A stretch of DNA of 64,000 nucleotides from Nannocystis bainbridge (GCF_028368995.1 NZ_JAQNDL010000001.1:3904001-3968000); one strand, 5' to 3'. Counted from the stretch's first letter, positions 9,111 to 19,413 are shown. A program made the numbers and translations. The notes: generated from the letters alone by a model not told the origin.

Positions 9111-9143
9111 GAAGAGGCGGGGCGCCAGGCGCTCCGCCTCTTC
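9111..9143. terminator. Probable bidirectional intrinsic terminator
   Basis: GAAGAGGCGG...CCGCCTCTTC stem with AAAA upstream and a T-rich tract downstream, between a convergent CDS and tRNA. Confidence 0.7.
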
Positions 9144-9162
9144 TGCTGTCTGTTTTTGAGAG

Positions 9163-9235
9163 TGCCCAGGGACGGAATCGAACCGCCGACACGGGGATTT
9201 TCAGTCCCCTGCTCTACCGACTGAGCTACCTGGGC
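9163..9235 (-). tRNA. tRNA-Phe(GAA)
   Basis: Reverse complement GCCCAGGTAGCTCAGTCGGTAGAGCAGGGGACTGAAAATCCCCGTGTCGGCGGTTCGATTCCGTCCCTGGGCA forms a cloverleaf with anticodon GAA; CCA not encoded. Confidence 0.97.
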
Positions 9236-9797
9236 GCGGGGGCGCAGTGGTACGAGATCCGGGGCCGGCCGTCAAGCTCCCGGCGAGCCTCCGGCGGGCG
9301 GGCCGCCACGAGACCGGAGACATTTCTCACCACCTTCGCGGACTCGTGCACCGCGCGCCCCGGCGAGGTCCCAGTCTTCACGGGGTTCGGGGCTGCGTCC
9401 GAGCGACTCATGGCCTCGTCGGTGAACCAGTTTCTCGTGCATGCAATGGTGATACGCGAGTCCAGGTCCGGCTCGCAGAAAGCATGGTTCGGCTCAGCCG
9501 GGCCTCATCGCCGATCTCCACCGGGTGTGAGCACCTCAAAACGTATATGAAGAGGCGAGCTCGACTCACTGGCAACTATTCGCAAAATTCCGAATAGTTC
9601 GTACCGACGATCACCAATGTGTGGTCCCTCGAGGGTTTTGCGAGCGACGCTTCCGCCCGAAGATCCATGATAGCGACGCCGAGCGCAGCATCGACGACGA
9701 GCTCAATGCAGGCGAGCGTACCCGTCGACGGACGAGCGCACGACCCCCGGCGAAGAGGGCCGCGAGCAAGAAGCGCTGAGTCGCCGGGCGAGCGGCC

Positions 9798-11666
9798 TCA
9801 GTACTTCGGGAACACCGCCGTCAGCAGCAGCGCCTCGACGTCGTCGCTGCGCATCACCCGGCCCAGCGTCTCATTGAACAGCTCCGAGAACGCCAGCGAG
9901 CCGAGCGCGCGCGTGCGGATGAACTCGAGGTCGAGCTCGTGGCGGATGTCGACCTTGTAGTCGTGGCGGCTGGGCGTCAGCGTCGGCACCCACGAGCCGT
10001 GGATCGTGAACGAGAAATCGAGCTCGGAGTGGCCCAGGCGGACGATCGGGCCCTTCGTGATGTCGGCGGCGTCGAACAGCCACAGCTCCTCGCCGGTCGA
10101 CCCCAGCGTGCGCGGCACCGAGTCCGACGCGTGGGCCAGCACCGCGATGTAGCCGTCGCGCGCGTGGCGGGGCCCGCCGCGGCGGGGCACGAAGTTGGGC
10201 GACAGCAAGCTCCAGCCGTTCGGCGCCGTATAGCTGCGCAGCGCCCCCGTCTCGGTGTCGATCTCGAGCAGCCGCGGCGGCTCGCCGTCGGCCAGCGGCA
10301 GCGCCGCGATGTCGACGCGCGGCGCGTACGCGGACAGCAGGCGCGCCGGCACCAGCTCCGGCGCGAACCCGCTGGTGTTGTAATAGACGACCTCGATCGG
10401 GTCCTCGCGGCTGCGGCGGGCGTATGTCCCGAGGGCCAGGCCCCAGGTCTCGCGGCCCTCGACGAAGCGTGACTCCGTCTTACCCGACGGCACGTGGACC
10501 TTGTGGATCCCCAGCCGCCCGCGGGCCAGCGCGCAGGGGATCTGCATGCCCGCGACCTCGATCCCGGCCTCACCGCCGCTCAGCAGGTCGTCCCCCTGGT
10601 GGATCCACTCCGACACGTCGAGCGTCGGCGTGTGCGGCACGATCAGCCGCACCGTCTCGCCGTCGTCCTCGAAGTCGGCGTAGAAGTGCACCGACTCGCC
10701 CTCGAGCTCGATGCGGTGGGCCATCACCGGCGTCGGGTGGTCCGCGAACCCGCCCGCGCGCGGCCGCAGGTCGCGGCGGCGGATCGCGTAGATCACCGTG
10801 CTCGGCCGCTGCGTCCGCATCGTGCTCGCGCCCAGCAGGTCGCGCAGCGGCCCGACCGGCAGCACCTGCCCCAGCACGTCGAGCGCCAGCTGCCGCATCT
10901 CGACCACGAACGCCGAGTCCTGCACGAGGACCCAGTTGCGCGTCACCTGGATCTGGTGGACGCACTGGTGGATCTGGACCGGCTCGCCGTCGCCATCGAT
11001 CAGGCTGAAGTGCTCGAGCGCCTTGCCTGTCCAGCGGACCAGGTGGGAAAAGCCAGCCCGGCCGCCGGGCGCCGGGTTGGAGAAGTTGACCGAGAACAGC
11101 TCGCCGGTCGCCTCGTCCTCGGCGGGGTGGGCGGTGCTCAGCACCAGCGGGAAGGGCCACGGCAGCGGGATCGAGCCCAGCCACTCGTCGGCCTTGCCGA
11201 TCGGGGTCACGAGCTCGAGCGTGACCGGGTCGAACTCCCACGGGCGGCCGGCGTCGGTCGTCACGATCATGCGGTCGCGCAGCGGGATCGGCGAATTGCT
11301 CAGCACCGTGCGGACCCCCAGCAGCGGCGAGATCCGCGACAGGCCGATGTCGCGGAACTGCATCAGCTCGCCGAAGTTGGTGGCCGCCCGGTCGGCGTAG
11401 TGACACGGCGGCCGCATGATGTTCTGGGCCAGGCGCACGCGGTCGGGCGCGAGGTCGAAGCGATAGATCGTGCCCTCGCCGGTGAAGGCCGGGCGCCCGA
11501 GCGAGGCGATCGAGCCGGCGATGAACAGGTGCCCGTGGATGTCCGCCGGCAGCGCCCCGTCCAGCACGTTCAGCTCGAGCTCGCGTCCCAGGCAGTCGAG
11601 GTCCTCAGCGCCGCTGCTGAGCATCGACGTCGGCATGATGCGGCTGGGTCCCTGCGGGATCTCCAT
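9798..11666 (-). CDS. Carotenoid oxygenase / RPE65-like family dioxygenase
   Basis: Four candidate Fe-ligand His: STAHP, CVHQI, SVHFY, TIHGSW; also FDPVTLE and P.FVPR...DGYI motifs; start uncertain. Confidence 0.8.
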   Translation of the reverse strand: MEIPQGPSRIMPTSMLSSGAEDLDCLGRELELNVLDGALPADIHGHLFIAGSIASLGRPAFTGEGTIYRFDLAPDRVRLAQNIMRPPCHYADRAATNFGELMQFRDIGLSRISPLLGVRTVLSNSPIPLRDRMIVTTDAGRPWEFDPVTLELVTPIGKADEWLGSIPLPWPFPLVLSTAHPAEDEATGELFSVNFSNPAPGGRAGFSHLVRWTGKALEHFSLIDGDGEPVQIHQCVHQIQVTRNWVLVQDSAFVVEMRQLALDVLGQVLPVGPLRDLLGASTMRTQRPSTVIYAIRRRDLRPRAGGFADHPTPVMAHRIELEGESVHFYADFEDDGETVRLIVPHTPTLDVSEWIHQGDDLLSGGEAGIEVAGMQIPCALARGRLGIHKVHVPSGKTESRFVEGRETWGLALGTYARRSREDPIEVVYYNTSGFAPELVPARLLSAYAPRVDIAALPLADGEPPRLLEIDTETGALRSYTAPNGWSLLSPNFVPRRGGPRHARDGYIAVLAHASDSVPRTLGSTGEELWLFDAADITKGPIVRLGHSELDFSFTIHGSWVPTLTPSRHDYKVDIRHELDLEFIRTRALGSLAFSELFNETLGRVMRSDDVEALLLTAVFPKY

Positions 11667-11796
11667 GGGCCACATCGTCCAGGATCGGCGGCGCAAAGCC
11701 CCCGCTTCGGTCCGCGCGCGGCCGTGTGGATCCTCAAGACATTACCGCGCGCGAACGCGCTGGAGGACATGTCCCGAAGTACACGTGACGGGCGCT

Positions 11797-13416
11797 TCAC
11801 TTTTGGCTCAGCGTCTCGCTGTACGCGTCCTGTCCGCTGTCGGGGTCGATGAAGCGCACCAGCACCTCGTCGGCGGCCGGGTCGAACGTGATGATGCAAC
11901 CGTGCGGGCTCGCCGAGCCGAACGAGAACTGCGACCCGGCGAGGAAGTCGCCGAGGATGTTGGTGTTGCCGCCGGTCACGGCGATCTCGCGCGTCTTGGC
12001 GACCACCCCGTCACCGTCCGGCTCGATGTGGCTGATGAAGCACGTGTGGAAGTCCCCCGACAGGAACCAGACGTTGGCGACCGCCTCGCTGGCGATGAAA
12101 TCGAGCAGCTCCTGGCGCTGCAGCGGGTAGCCCTCCCAGCGGTCGTTGGCCGCGAAGTCCCACGGGATCGTCGGCATGTCGGTGATCGGCACCGAGTTGA
12201 GGATCACCTTGAAGTGACACGGGCTCGTCTGCAGCCGCTGCTTGAGCCACGCCATCTGCTCCTTGCTGATGTAGATCGGGTCGCCCGAGTTCGCGGTCGA
12301 CGGCTTCCGCTCGGTCCGGCAGTCGAGCACGATGAACTCGACCGTCAGGCCCCAGCGGAAGCTCTGCCACACGCGGAAGTCCTGCGGCGCATCGGTCACA
12401 GGGATGGCCTCGAAGTACGAGGTCATCGCGTCCTGCAGCCGCTGCGGATCGATCGTCTCCGGGTTGAAGTCGTTGGTGACCTCGTGGTCGTCGAGCGTGC
12501 AATAGAGGCCGGCGCGCGCGTAAGCCAGGGCCATGCCGCCGGCGTCGGCGACCGCGAGGTACGACTGCCAGCTGCTGCGATAGTCCGCCAGCGACATCTC
12601 GCCGTCGTTGTAGGCCATGTCGCCGAGGTGGAGGAAGACGTCGTAGTACTCGTCGCTGGTCCGCTGCAGCGCCGGCCACGGGAAGTTGTCGAGCCCGTTG
12701 CAGCACGAGATCGCCACCGTGATCGGCTCGAGCGCGTCGTCGGCGATCGCGGTGCGGAACTCGCCCAGCATCCCCCGCGCGATCGGCTCGCCGCCGTCGG
12801 TGGTGAAGAAGCCGTAGCGGTACCACTGGCCCGGACACAGCCCGTCGACGAGCTGCCGCAAGTAGCCGCTCTCGTCGGGCATCACCTCGAGCTCGTGGAC
12901 CACCCGCACCGTGCCGGGCGCGTCGCCCGGCTGCCACACGCGCAGCAGCGCCGGCTCCGGCAGCTCGCTGCGGCCGTGCAGCAGCGCCGACTCCTGCCGC
13001 ATCGCGCCGGCCATCACCGCGGTCGGGAACCGGGCCAGATCCTCGGCCAGCGCGTCGGGGGCGAAGGCGATCTCGCGGCCCTCGCAGGCCTGCGGCTCGG
13101 CGCCCATGTCGCTCGGCTCGCCGGTGCTGCTGGAGGTCGTGCTGTCGTCGCCGGTGGTGGTCGAGTCGACGCCGGTGGTCGTCGTCCCGTCGGTGCCGGT
13201 GGCCGACGTGCTCGTGGTCGGCGCGTCGGTGGTCGGCACCTCGCCGCCGGTCGTGCTGCTGCCGGCGCCGGTGCTGCTGCCGTCGGGCCCCTCGGTGCCC
13301 GCCATCACGTCGTCGGCGCAGGCCGGCACCGCCACCAGCGTCGCACCTGCGAGTTTTAAAAAGTCTCGCCGCGCGAGCTTTCGTGGGCCCCCGGTCTCGT
13401 CATCGTGGTCGGACAT
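11797..13416 (-). CDS. phoD: PhoD-like alkaline phosphatase D family, Tat-exported lipoprotein
   Basis: Tat motif ARRDFLK followed by PAC; Thr/Ser linker; LHLGDMAYND, LDDHEVTND, LDCR, DRWEGY and LSGDFH motifs. Confidence 0.85.
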   Translation of the reverse strand: MSDHDDETGGPRKLARRDFLKLAGATLVAVPACADDVMAGTEGPDGSSTGAGSSTTGGEVPTTDAPTTSTSATGTDGTTTTGVDSTTTGDDSTTSSSTGEPSDMGAEPQACEGREIAFAPDALAEDLARFPTAVMAGAMRQESALLHGRSELPEPALLRVWQPGDAPGTVRVVHELEVMPDESGYLRQLVDGLCPGQWYRYGFFTTDGGEPIARGMLGEFRTAIADDALEPITVAISCCNGLDNFPWPALQRTSDEYYDVFLHLGDMAYNDGEMSLADYRSSWQSYLAVADAGGMALAYARAGLYCTLDDHEVTNDFNPETIDPQRLQDAMTSYFEAIPVTDAPQDFRVWQSFRWGLTVEFIVLDCRTERKPSTANSGDPIYISKEQMAWLKQRLQTSPCHFKVILNSVPITDMPTIPWDFAANDRWEGYPLQRQELLDFIASEAVANVWFLSGDFHTCFISHIEPDGDGVVAKTREIAVTGGNTNILGDFLAGSQFSFGSASPHGCIITFDPAADEVLVRFIDPDSGQDAYSETLSQK

Positions 13417-13686
13417 CGCGGGCCCGACTTTATGGGCACTCCGCATCACATCGCTGCGAACTCGGCGTGACCTTCAGCGCGCGGCTGCCCGGGCCCGGCG
13501 GATGCAGAAGCGCCGAGCATGGCCGCGAAGACACGCCGCGCGGTTCGTGCGAGGTCCCGATCCCGGGGCCCCGTCGGGCCTGTTTGCGGCGCTCGAAGGC
13601 GGCGGGATGGAAGGTGCCGGGGGTGACAGGCGCGCTCTCGAGTCTCGCGGGGTGTCGGACCTGCTCGCGGCGCTCGCCGTCATTGA

Positions 13687-13710
13687 TGATATGTCCTAAA
13701 AGACATATCA
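13687..13710. promoter_or_regulatory. Extended AT-rich copy of the 14-bp palindrome in a divergent intergenic region
   Basis: TGATATGTC-CTAAAA-GACATATCA with perfect 9-bp arms. Confidence 0.55.
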
Positions 13711-13836
13711 ATGCATCCCGGTGCGCAGGCCTGCGGCTGGAGGGCGACGCCGAGCGGGGGCGCTTGCCGACAGGCGTGAAACGCGCTGTGGCCGGCCGTA
13801 TTGGTCGATCGGCGCTCCTCGTGGTACCGTGGCGCG

Positions 13837-14709
13837 GTGTCGCGCAGCGTCTTCATCGCGCTCGTCGCCCTCGCCGGGTGCACGGCGCCCGGGCTCGATC
13901 ACTTCCTGACCGCTCCGCCGCAGCAGGACGCGACCACCCGCGCGGAGTCCTCGAGCTCCGGTTCGACGGGCGGCGACCCGGACTCGAGCACGGGGACCTC
14001 GGTCATGACCTCGACGACCTCGACCGGCACCACGGACGGCCCGGGCGGCTCCGAGACGGACAGCGACGGCAGCAGCGGCGACGGCAGCAGCAGCAGCACG
14101 ACCGGCAGCGTCGGCGAGTGCGGGGACGGCCTCGTCGACGTCGACGAGGAGTGCGACGACGCCAACGCCGACCCCGACGACGGCTGCGCCGCCTGCTTTC
14201 GCGACCGGTGGGTCTTCGCCACCAGCATGATGTTCCAGCCCGACCTCATCGGCGGCCTCGCCGGGGCCGACAGCCTGTGCGGCCAGCTCGCCAACCAGGC
14301 CGGCCTCGGCGACAATTGGCAGAGCTACCGCGCCTGGCTCAGCGACAGCAGCACCAGCGCCGGCGAGCGCATCTTCGCCGGCATGGGTCGCTACCGCCGC
14401 CGCGACGGCGTGGTCATCGCCGAGAACTTCGAGCAGTTCCTCTCGGGCACGCTCAGCGCCACCTTCGACGTCGACGAGTTCGGCCAGACCGCCCTCGGCG
14501 GTGCCTGGACCGGCACCCTGCCCGACGGCACCGCTGCTGTCGGCGTCAGCCACTGCGACGACTGGACGATCGACGACCTGGCGGCGATCCAGGGCCACTA
14601 CGGTCAGAGTGGCGCGATCGACGGCCGCTGGACCTTCGATCCCGACGCCGCTTTCAACCCGACCAGTTGCGCCGGGACGCTGCGGCTCTACTGCTTCGAG
14701 GGCGCCTGA
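13837..14709 (+). CDS. Lipoprotein with myxobacterial Cys-rich repeat (DUF4215-like) and C-terminal endostatin/DUF1554-like domain
   Basis: Lipobox LAGC; CGDGLVDVDEECDD; GGLAGADSLC...YRAWLSD...WTGT...C.DWT...LYCFE. Confidence 0.8.
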   Translation: MSRSVFIALVALAGCTAPGLDHFLTAPPQQDATTRAESSSSGSTGGDPDSSTGTSVMTSTTSTGTTDGPGGSETDSDGSSGDGSSSSTTGSVGECGDGLVDVDEECDDANADPDDGCAACFRDRWVFATSMMFQPDLIGGLAGADSLCGQLANQAGLGDNWQSYRAWLSDSSTSAGERIFAGMGRYRRRDGVVIAENFEQFLSGTLSATFDVDEFGQTALGGAWTGTLPDGTAAVGVSHCDDWTIDDLAAIQGHYGQSGAIDGRWTFDPDAAFNPTSCAGTLRLYCFEGA

Positions 14710-14712
14710 GCC

Positions 14713-15800
14713 ATGAAGCTCCGCGCCGCCCTCGGCCTGGCCCTGCCGCTCGCGCCGGCGTGCCTGCCCACCCACGAGCCCGGCGCGGGCGCGACCTCGT
14801 CGACGACGAGCAGCGGTACCTCGAGCTTCGGCGATCTCTCTCAAACCGCCGCGCCGACCACGACGGCGATCGACCCGACCCCGACCACCACGACGACGAG
14901 CAGCACCACCGACGCGTCGACCGGCGACCCTGGCCCGGCCTGCGGCGACGGTCAGGTCGACCTCGGCGAGGACTGCGACCTCGGCCCGGACAACAGCAAC
15001 AATGGCGCGTGCACGCTGATGTGCGACCCGGCGACCTGCGGCGACGGCCTGTTGTGGCTCGGCGAGGAGGACTGCGACTTCGGCCCGGGCAACGTCGGCG
15101 AGTACGGCGGCTGCCGCCCGGACTGCACGTGGGCGCCCCGCTGCGGCGACGGCAAGCTCGACGCGGGCCTCGAAGAGTGCGACCTCGGCCTCCTCAACGG
15201 CACCGGCATGGGGCTCGAGGACAGGGTCCCCCTTGCAGCGCCACGTGCCGCTGGCAAGGCCGAATGGTGTTCCTCAGCAGCGCGACCTACGACGGCGACC
15301 TCGGCGGCCTGTCCGGCGCCGACCTCCGCTGCCGCAACCTGGCCGCGGCCGCCGGCCTCGAGCACGCGCAGAGCTTCCGCGCCTGGCTGAGCGACGGCGT
15401 CGACGCGCCGCTGAGCCGCTTTGAGCAGGTCGACCTGCAAGGCGCGCCCTACGTGCTGCCGAACGGACGGATCGTCGCCGCCGACTTCACCGAGTTGATC
15501 GAGCAGGGGCCACGCACCGGGATCGCGCTGACCGAGACGGGCGCGCATGTGACGGAACAATTCGTGTGGACCAATACGTCGGCGTTCGGCGAACCGTTCA
15601 GCGCGGCCGACCACTGCGCCGGCTGGACCACCAACAGCAACCTCGCCGCCGCCCGCACCGGCTACAACGCGCTGGAGCTCGAGATGGGACCCGCCTGGGA
15701 CGCCTGGCGCGACGAACGCCAGTGGACCAGCGTCCTCGCCTGGAAGTGCGACAAGCTGTGGCCCCTCTACTGCTTCGAGGACGGCGACCTCGAGGATTAA
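14713..15800 (+). pseudogene. Paralogous Cys-rich/DUF1554-like lipoprotein, frameshifted near 15220-15232
   Basis: Frame of 14713 gives the signal and three CGDG repeats up to GMGLE. The continuation CSATCRWQGRMVF...GGLSGADLRC...LYCFE is in the frame of the 13383..15800 ORF. Confidence 0.75.
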
Positions 15801-15804
15801 AGGT

Positions 15805-15888
15805 TGACCGATCGGACCTGCCTGATCGGTCATGTCCGAAACGACATGCTCTACCGAGCATGTCCCCTCGAACATGCTCCGTCGGCCA
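15805..15888. repeat. Six head-to-tail degenerate 14-bp palindromes
   Basis: TGACCGATCGGACC|TGCCTGATCGGTCA|TGTCCGAAACGACA|TGCTCTACCGAGCA|TGTCCCCTCGAACA|TGCTCCGTCGGCCA. Confidence 0.8.
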
Positions 15889-16023
15889 CCCTCAGATCTC
15901 GTGGGCCTGCGGCGGCTGAGCGCCGAGTAGCTCCCCCCGGCGCGGGTCTTATGGCCTCACCGGCCGAGCTCGACCCTCAGGCCCAGCTCGGCGTCGGCGC
16001 GCGCGACCGCCTCCGCGCGGCCC

Positions 16024-17820
16024 TCAGTACACGCGGAAGCCGTAGTCGAAGAACGCGTGTTTAAAGCTGCTGCCGGCCGGCACTGGCAGGCGGGCGTCGC
16101 GGATCAGCTCGATCATGCAGACCGCGGCGGGATCGCTGGCGGGGCGGCCGACCGGCTTGATCTGCGTCAGGCGGCCGTCCTTCGTCAGCATGAACTTGAA
16201 CGTCACCGTCGACTCGAGCTCGACCCCGTGCTGGCGCCCGCACTGGGCCGCGGCCGGGCGGAAGGGCTTCAGCAGGTCGTCGATCTGGCCCTCGGTGACC
16301 ACCGTCGCCTCGTTCGGGTCGTCGACGATGTCGTAGTTGACCGGCTCCTTCGCGCCTGTCTCGGAGGACTTGATCGTTCGGCCGGCCTTGAGCGCCGTCG
16401 GCTCGGGGTGGCTCGGCGGCAGCGGCTCGGGCGGCGTGCTCGGCAGCGCCACCGGTGGGTCGTCCGGCTCGGGCGGCGGCTCCTGGGGCTCGCCTGCGGC
16501 CTCGATCGGCGGGTCCTGCGACGGCACCGGCGGCGTGGTCTCGAGCACGCGTGGGTCGGTCGCGGCCGGGGGTTGGCCGTCGAGCGGGGCCACGGCCGCA
16601 GCCGGCGCGACCATGGGCGCGGGGCCCGGCGGTGGGGCGCCGGTGACGTACTCGAGGCCCGGGGTGCCGACGAGGACCCACGCGATCAGGCCTGCGGCGA
16701 TCAGCGCCAGGACGATCGTGACGCCGACGCTGCTCTCTTTGACCGGCGCGGAGCCGCTGGTGGCGCTCTTGATCGGTCCGGACGAGATCTTGGCGGGTAC
16801 GGCGGAGGCTTCGGCGCGGCCGATGCGGTTGTCGTCGAGCAGGGCGAGGCGCAGTTCCATGATGTTTTGATAGCGCTCCTCGGGGGCCTTGCTCAGGGCC
16901 TTGAGGATCACCCGCTCGACCACGCCGGGGATGTTGGCGTCGGGCGCGACCCGCCGCGGCGGGATCGGCGTGTCGAGCAGCTGCATCGCCAGCACGGTCG
17001 TCTGCTTGCCGCTCTTGAACGGGCACGAACCGGTCAGCAATTCGTAGAGGAGCACGCCGACGGCGTAGATGTCGACGCGTGGGTCGGGCTTGGACCCGCG
17101 GATCAGCTCCGGCGCCATGTACTCCGGCGTCGAAAGCAGCACGCCGCCGGCCAGCAGGCCCTCGGGCAGATCTTCGTCGACGATGCGCGCGAGGCCGAAG
17201 TCGACCACCTTCACATAATCGTCGCTGCTGGCGTGGCGCACCCGGTACACGTTGCTCGGCTTGAGGTCGCGGTGGATCACCCCTTGCGCGTGGGCCGCCT
17301 CGAGCGCGTCGCAGATGTGCAGGAACATCGGCAGCACGCGCGTCCACGGCAGCGGCCCGTGGCGGGTCAACGTCTCGCGCAGGCTCTCGCCCTCGAGCAG
17401 CTCCGTGACGATGTACGCCAGCACGGCGTCGGTGCCGAAGTCGACCACGTCGCCGATGTGCGGGTGATGCAGGCGCGACGCGACGCGCGCCTCCTGGACG
17501 AACCGTCGCTGCACGACATCGAGCGCGCCGCGGTTAAAGTTGGCGTTGCGCAGGACCTTGACCGCGAACCGGCGGTCGCCGCCGGCCACGGCCCGGGCCT
17601 CGTACACGGTCGCCAGCCCGCGCCCGCCGAGCGATCGCACCAGCCGGTAGTTGCCGACGGTGCGCTCGATCAGGTCGTCGGGCTCATCGGGCTCGGCGAG
17701 CTTGGCGAAGCGATTGCCGCTGCGCGACGCCGGGTCCGCCTCCTGCGCGAGGCTGGGAATTTTGATGACTCCCGAGGATTCACCGGGGGCCGGCTCGAGC
17801 GTGTGGGACGACGGGTCCAT
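16024..17820 (-). CDS. Membrane Ser/Thr protein kinase (Pkn type)
   Basis: AVKVL, HRDLKPSN, DFG, PEYMAPE, DIYAVG; TM helix; Pro-rich linker; C-terminal TonB_C-like domain. Confidence 0.92.
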   Translation of the reverse strand: MDPSSHTLEPAPGESSGVIKIPSLAQEADPASRSGNRFAKLAEPDEPDDLIERTVGNYRLVRSLGGRGLATVYEARAVAGGDRRFAVKVLRNANFNRGALDVVQRRFVQEARVASRLHHPHIGDVVDFGTDAVLAYIVTELLEGESLRETLTRHGPLPWTRVLPMFLHICDALEAAHAQGVIHRDLKPSNVYRVRHASSDDYVKVVDFGLARIVDEDLPEGLLAGGVLLSTPEYMAPELIRGSKPDPRVDIYAVGVLLYELLTGSCPFKSGKQTTVLAMQLLDTPIPPRRVAPDANIPGVVERVILKALSKAPEERYQNIMELRLALLDDNRIGRAEASAVPAKISSGPIKSATSGSAPVKESSVGVTIVLALIAAGLIAWVLVGTPGLEYVTGAPPPGPAPMVAPAAAVAPLDGQPPAATDPRVLETTPPVPSQDPPIEAAGEPQEPPPEPDDPPVALPSTPPEPLPPSHPEPTALKAGRTIKSSETGAKEPVNYDIVDDPNEATVVTEGQIDDLLKPFRPAAAQCGRQHGVELESTVTFKFMLTKDGRLTQIKPVGRPASDPAAVCMIELIRDARLPVPAGSSFKHAFFDYGFRVY

Positions 17821-18111
17821 AAGACGGGAGCAGCGGGAGCGATCCGAATCATAACCGAGGCAGGCGACATGGATCGAATCCGTCGCCAGAACGCGAGCGC
17901 CCGCGCGTTATCGCACAATCGCTCCGGCGAAGAAAGCAGCTTGCCGCAGGGGCGCGACTCGAAGCTGTCCCTCGGGACAGGAACTCGGGCGCGCGCAGGT
18001 CGAGATCCGTCACCGATCTGCGAGCCTCGCCGTCGATGCCTGCGCACACCTCCCGGCGTCGGACTCGGCTTGTAATCACCGGGTCGGTCACGCATCGTAC
18101 TCGAGCCCGTG

Positions 18112-19413
18112 ATGCCCTCTGCCCGTCGCGCTGCGTTGTCTCTGGCCTGTCTCGGCGCGCTGGCGCTCGCCTGGGCCGCCCCGGCGCTGGCGAACGCCGC
18201 TCCGGTCGGGCCACCGCCCAAGCTGCCCGACGTGGGTCCGCCGCCGGCCCTGCCGGACTTCGGCTCGCAGAACGTCCCGCCCCAGAGCCCTGGCCCGACC
18301 GCGCCGCCGACCACCGCCGCGCCGACGCCCGTCAAGCCCGCCCCCGGGCCGCCGGTGATGCGCCCGTCCGTACGGCCCGCGCCCGCGCCGGTCCCGACGC
18401 CGCCGCCGCCTGCCGCTGAACCTCCCGTCGAGTCGGTGCCGCCGCCGGCCGCGCCGGGCTCGCCGCCGCCGGTGACGAGCCCGGTGCCGACCCCGCCGCC
18501 ACCTGTCCCTTCGGTCAGCTCGCCCGGCGCCGACCCGACGCAGCCGGCGCCCGAGGGTCCGGCGCCGCAGGGCACGCGGGCGCCGATGATCGCGGGCGCC
18601 GACCCGACCGGGTCCGACGCCAAGCCGGACAAGCCGGCCGAGCCGAAGTCGCAGGAGGAGATCGAAGAAGAGGCGGCCCGGGCCCGGCGCAAGCAGCCGA
18701 AGAAATGGCGCCACGCCGGCCTCATCCTCGAGCCGCGGTTCGGCACCCTCGGCTGCACGCGGGAGTTCTGCGCCGGCAGTGCCGGCCACCACGAGCGGCC
18801 CGGCGCGCTGCTCGGCGGCTTCGTCGGCGGCAACCTGCTCGGCCTGGTCGACCTCGGCATCGAGGCCCAGTGGGGCACGCTGCGGCCGGGCGACCTCGCG
18901 GGCAAGAACGCCGTGACGCTCTACGGCATCGACCCGGCCCGCCTCGAGCAGGCGCTGTCGGAGCGGCTCGGCACCGAGGTCGACGTCGACTTCAACCAGC
19001 TGACCGTCGAGAGCGCCAAGGCGCGGGCCGTCAGCGCCGGCCCGGCCCTGCGGATCCACTTCCTCCGCAAGGGCCGCGGCGTCGCGTACATCGGCACCGG
19101 CATCCACTACCAGCTGTGGCGCAACCGCTACGAGACCACCGGCGGCCCGACCCGCATGGACTTCCACGGCTTCGTCGCCCCGTTCCGCGTCGGCGGCGGC
19201 GCCTTCGTCCACCCCAACATCGCCGTCACCGGCGAGTTCGCCTATCACTACGCGTTCTATGTCATCACCGGGGTCAGTCACCCCGAGCTGTCCGGGGTGG
19301 CCCCGCTGTCGATCATCGAGGGCGCGGCGCTCGACGCCGGCACCAACCTCCGCAAGGGGCTGCCGCACTTCTGGTCGTTCTCCGTCAGCGTCCGCTTCCG
19401 CCTGGGCCTGTGA
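18112..19413 (+). CDS. Secreted Pro-rich protein with C-terminal outer-membrane beta-barrel-like domain
   Basis: Signal peptide, long Pro-rich tract, amphipathic strands ending WSFSVSVRFRLGL. Confidence 0.7.
   Translation: MPSARRAALSLACLGALALAWAAPALANAAPVGPPPKLPDVGPPPALPDFGSQNVPPQSPGPTAPPTTAAPTPVKPAPGPPVMRPSVRPAPAPVPTPPPPAAEPPVESVPPPAAPGSPPPVTSPVPTPPPPVPSVSSPGADPTQPAPEGPAPQGTRAPMIAGADPTGSDAKPDKPAEPKSQEEIEEEAARARRKQPKKWRHAGLILEPRFGTLGCTREFCAGSAGHHERPGALLGGFVGGNLLGLVDLGIEAQWGTLRPGDLAGKNAVTLYGIDPARLEQALSERLGTEVDVDFNQLTVESAKARAVSAGPALRIHFLRKGRGVAYIGTGIHYQLWRNRYETTGGPTRMDFHGFVAPFRVGGGAFVHPNIAVTGEFAYHYAFYVITGVSHPELSGVAPLSIIEGAALDAGTNLRKGLPHFWSFSVSVRFRLGL

Noticed and set aside
9100-9800. Genomic island integrated at tRNA-Phe (or at tRNA-Ala, 32584)
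   Set aside because: No integrase and no duplicated tRNA 3' end was seen; terminators and ordinary genes follow both tRNAs.
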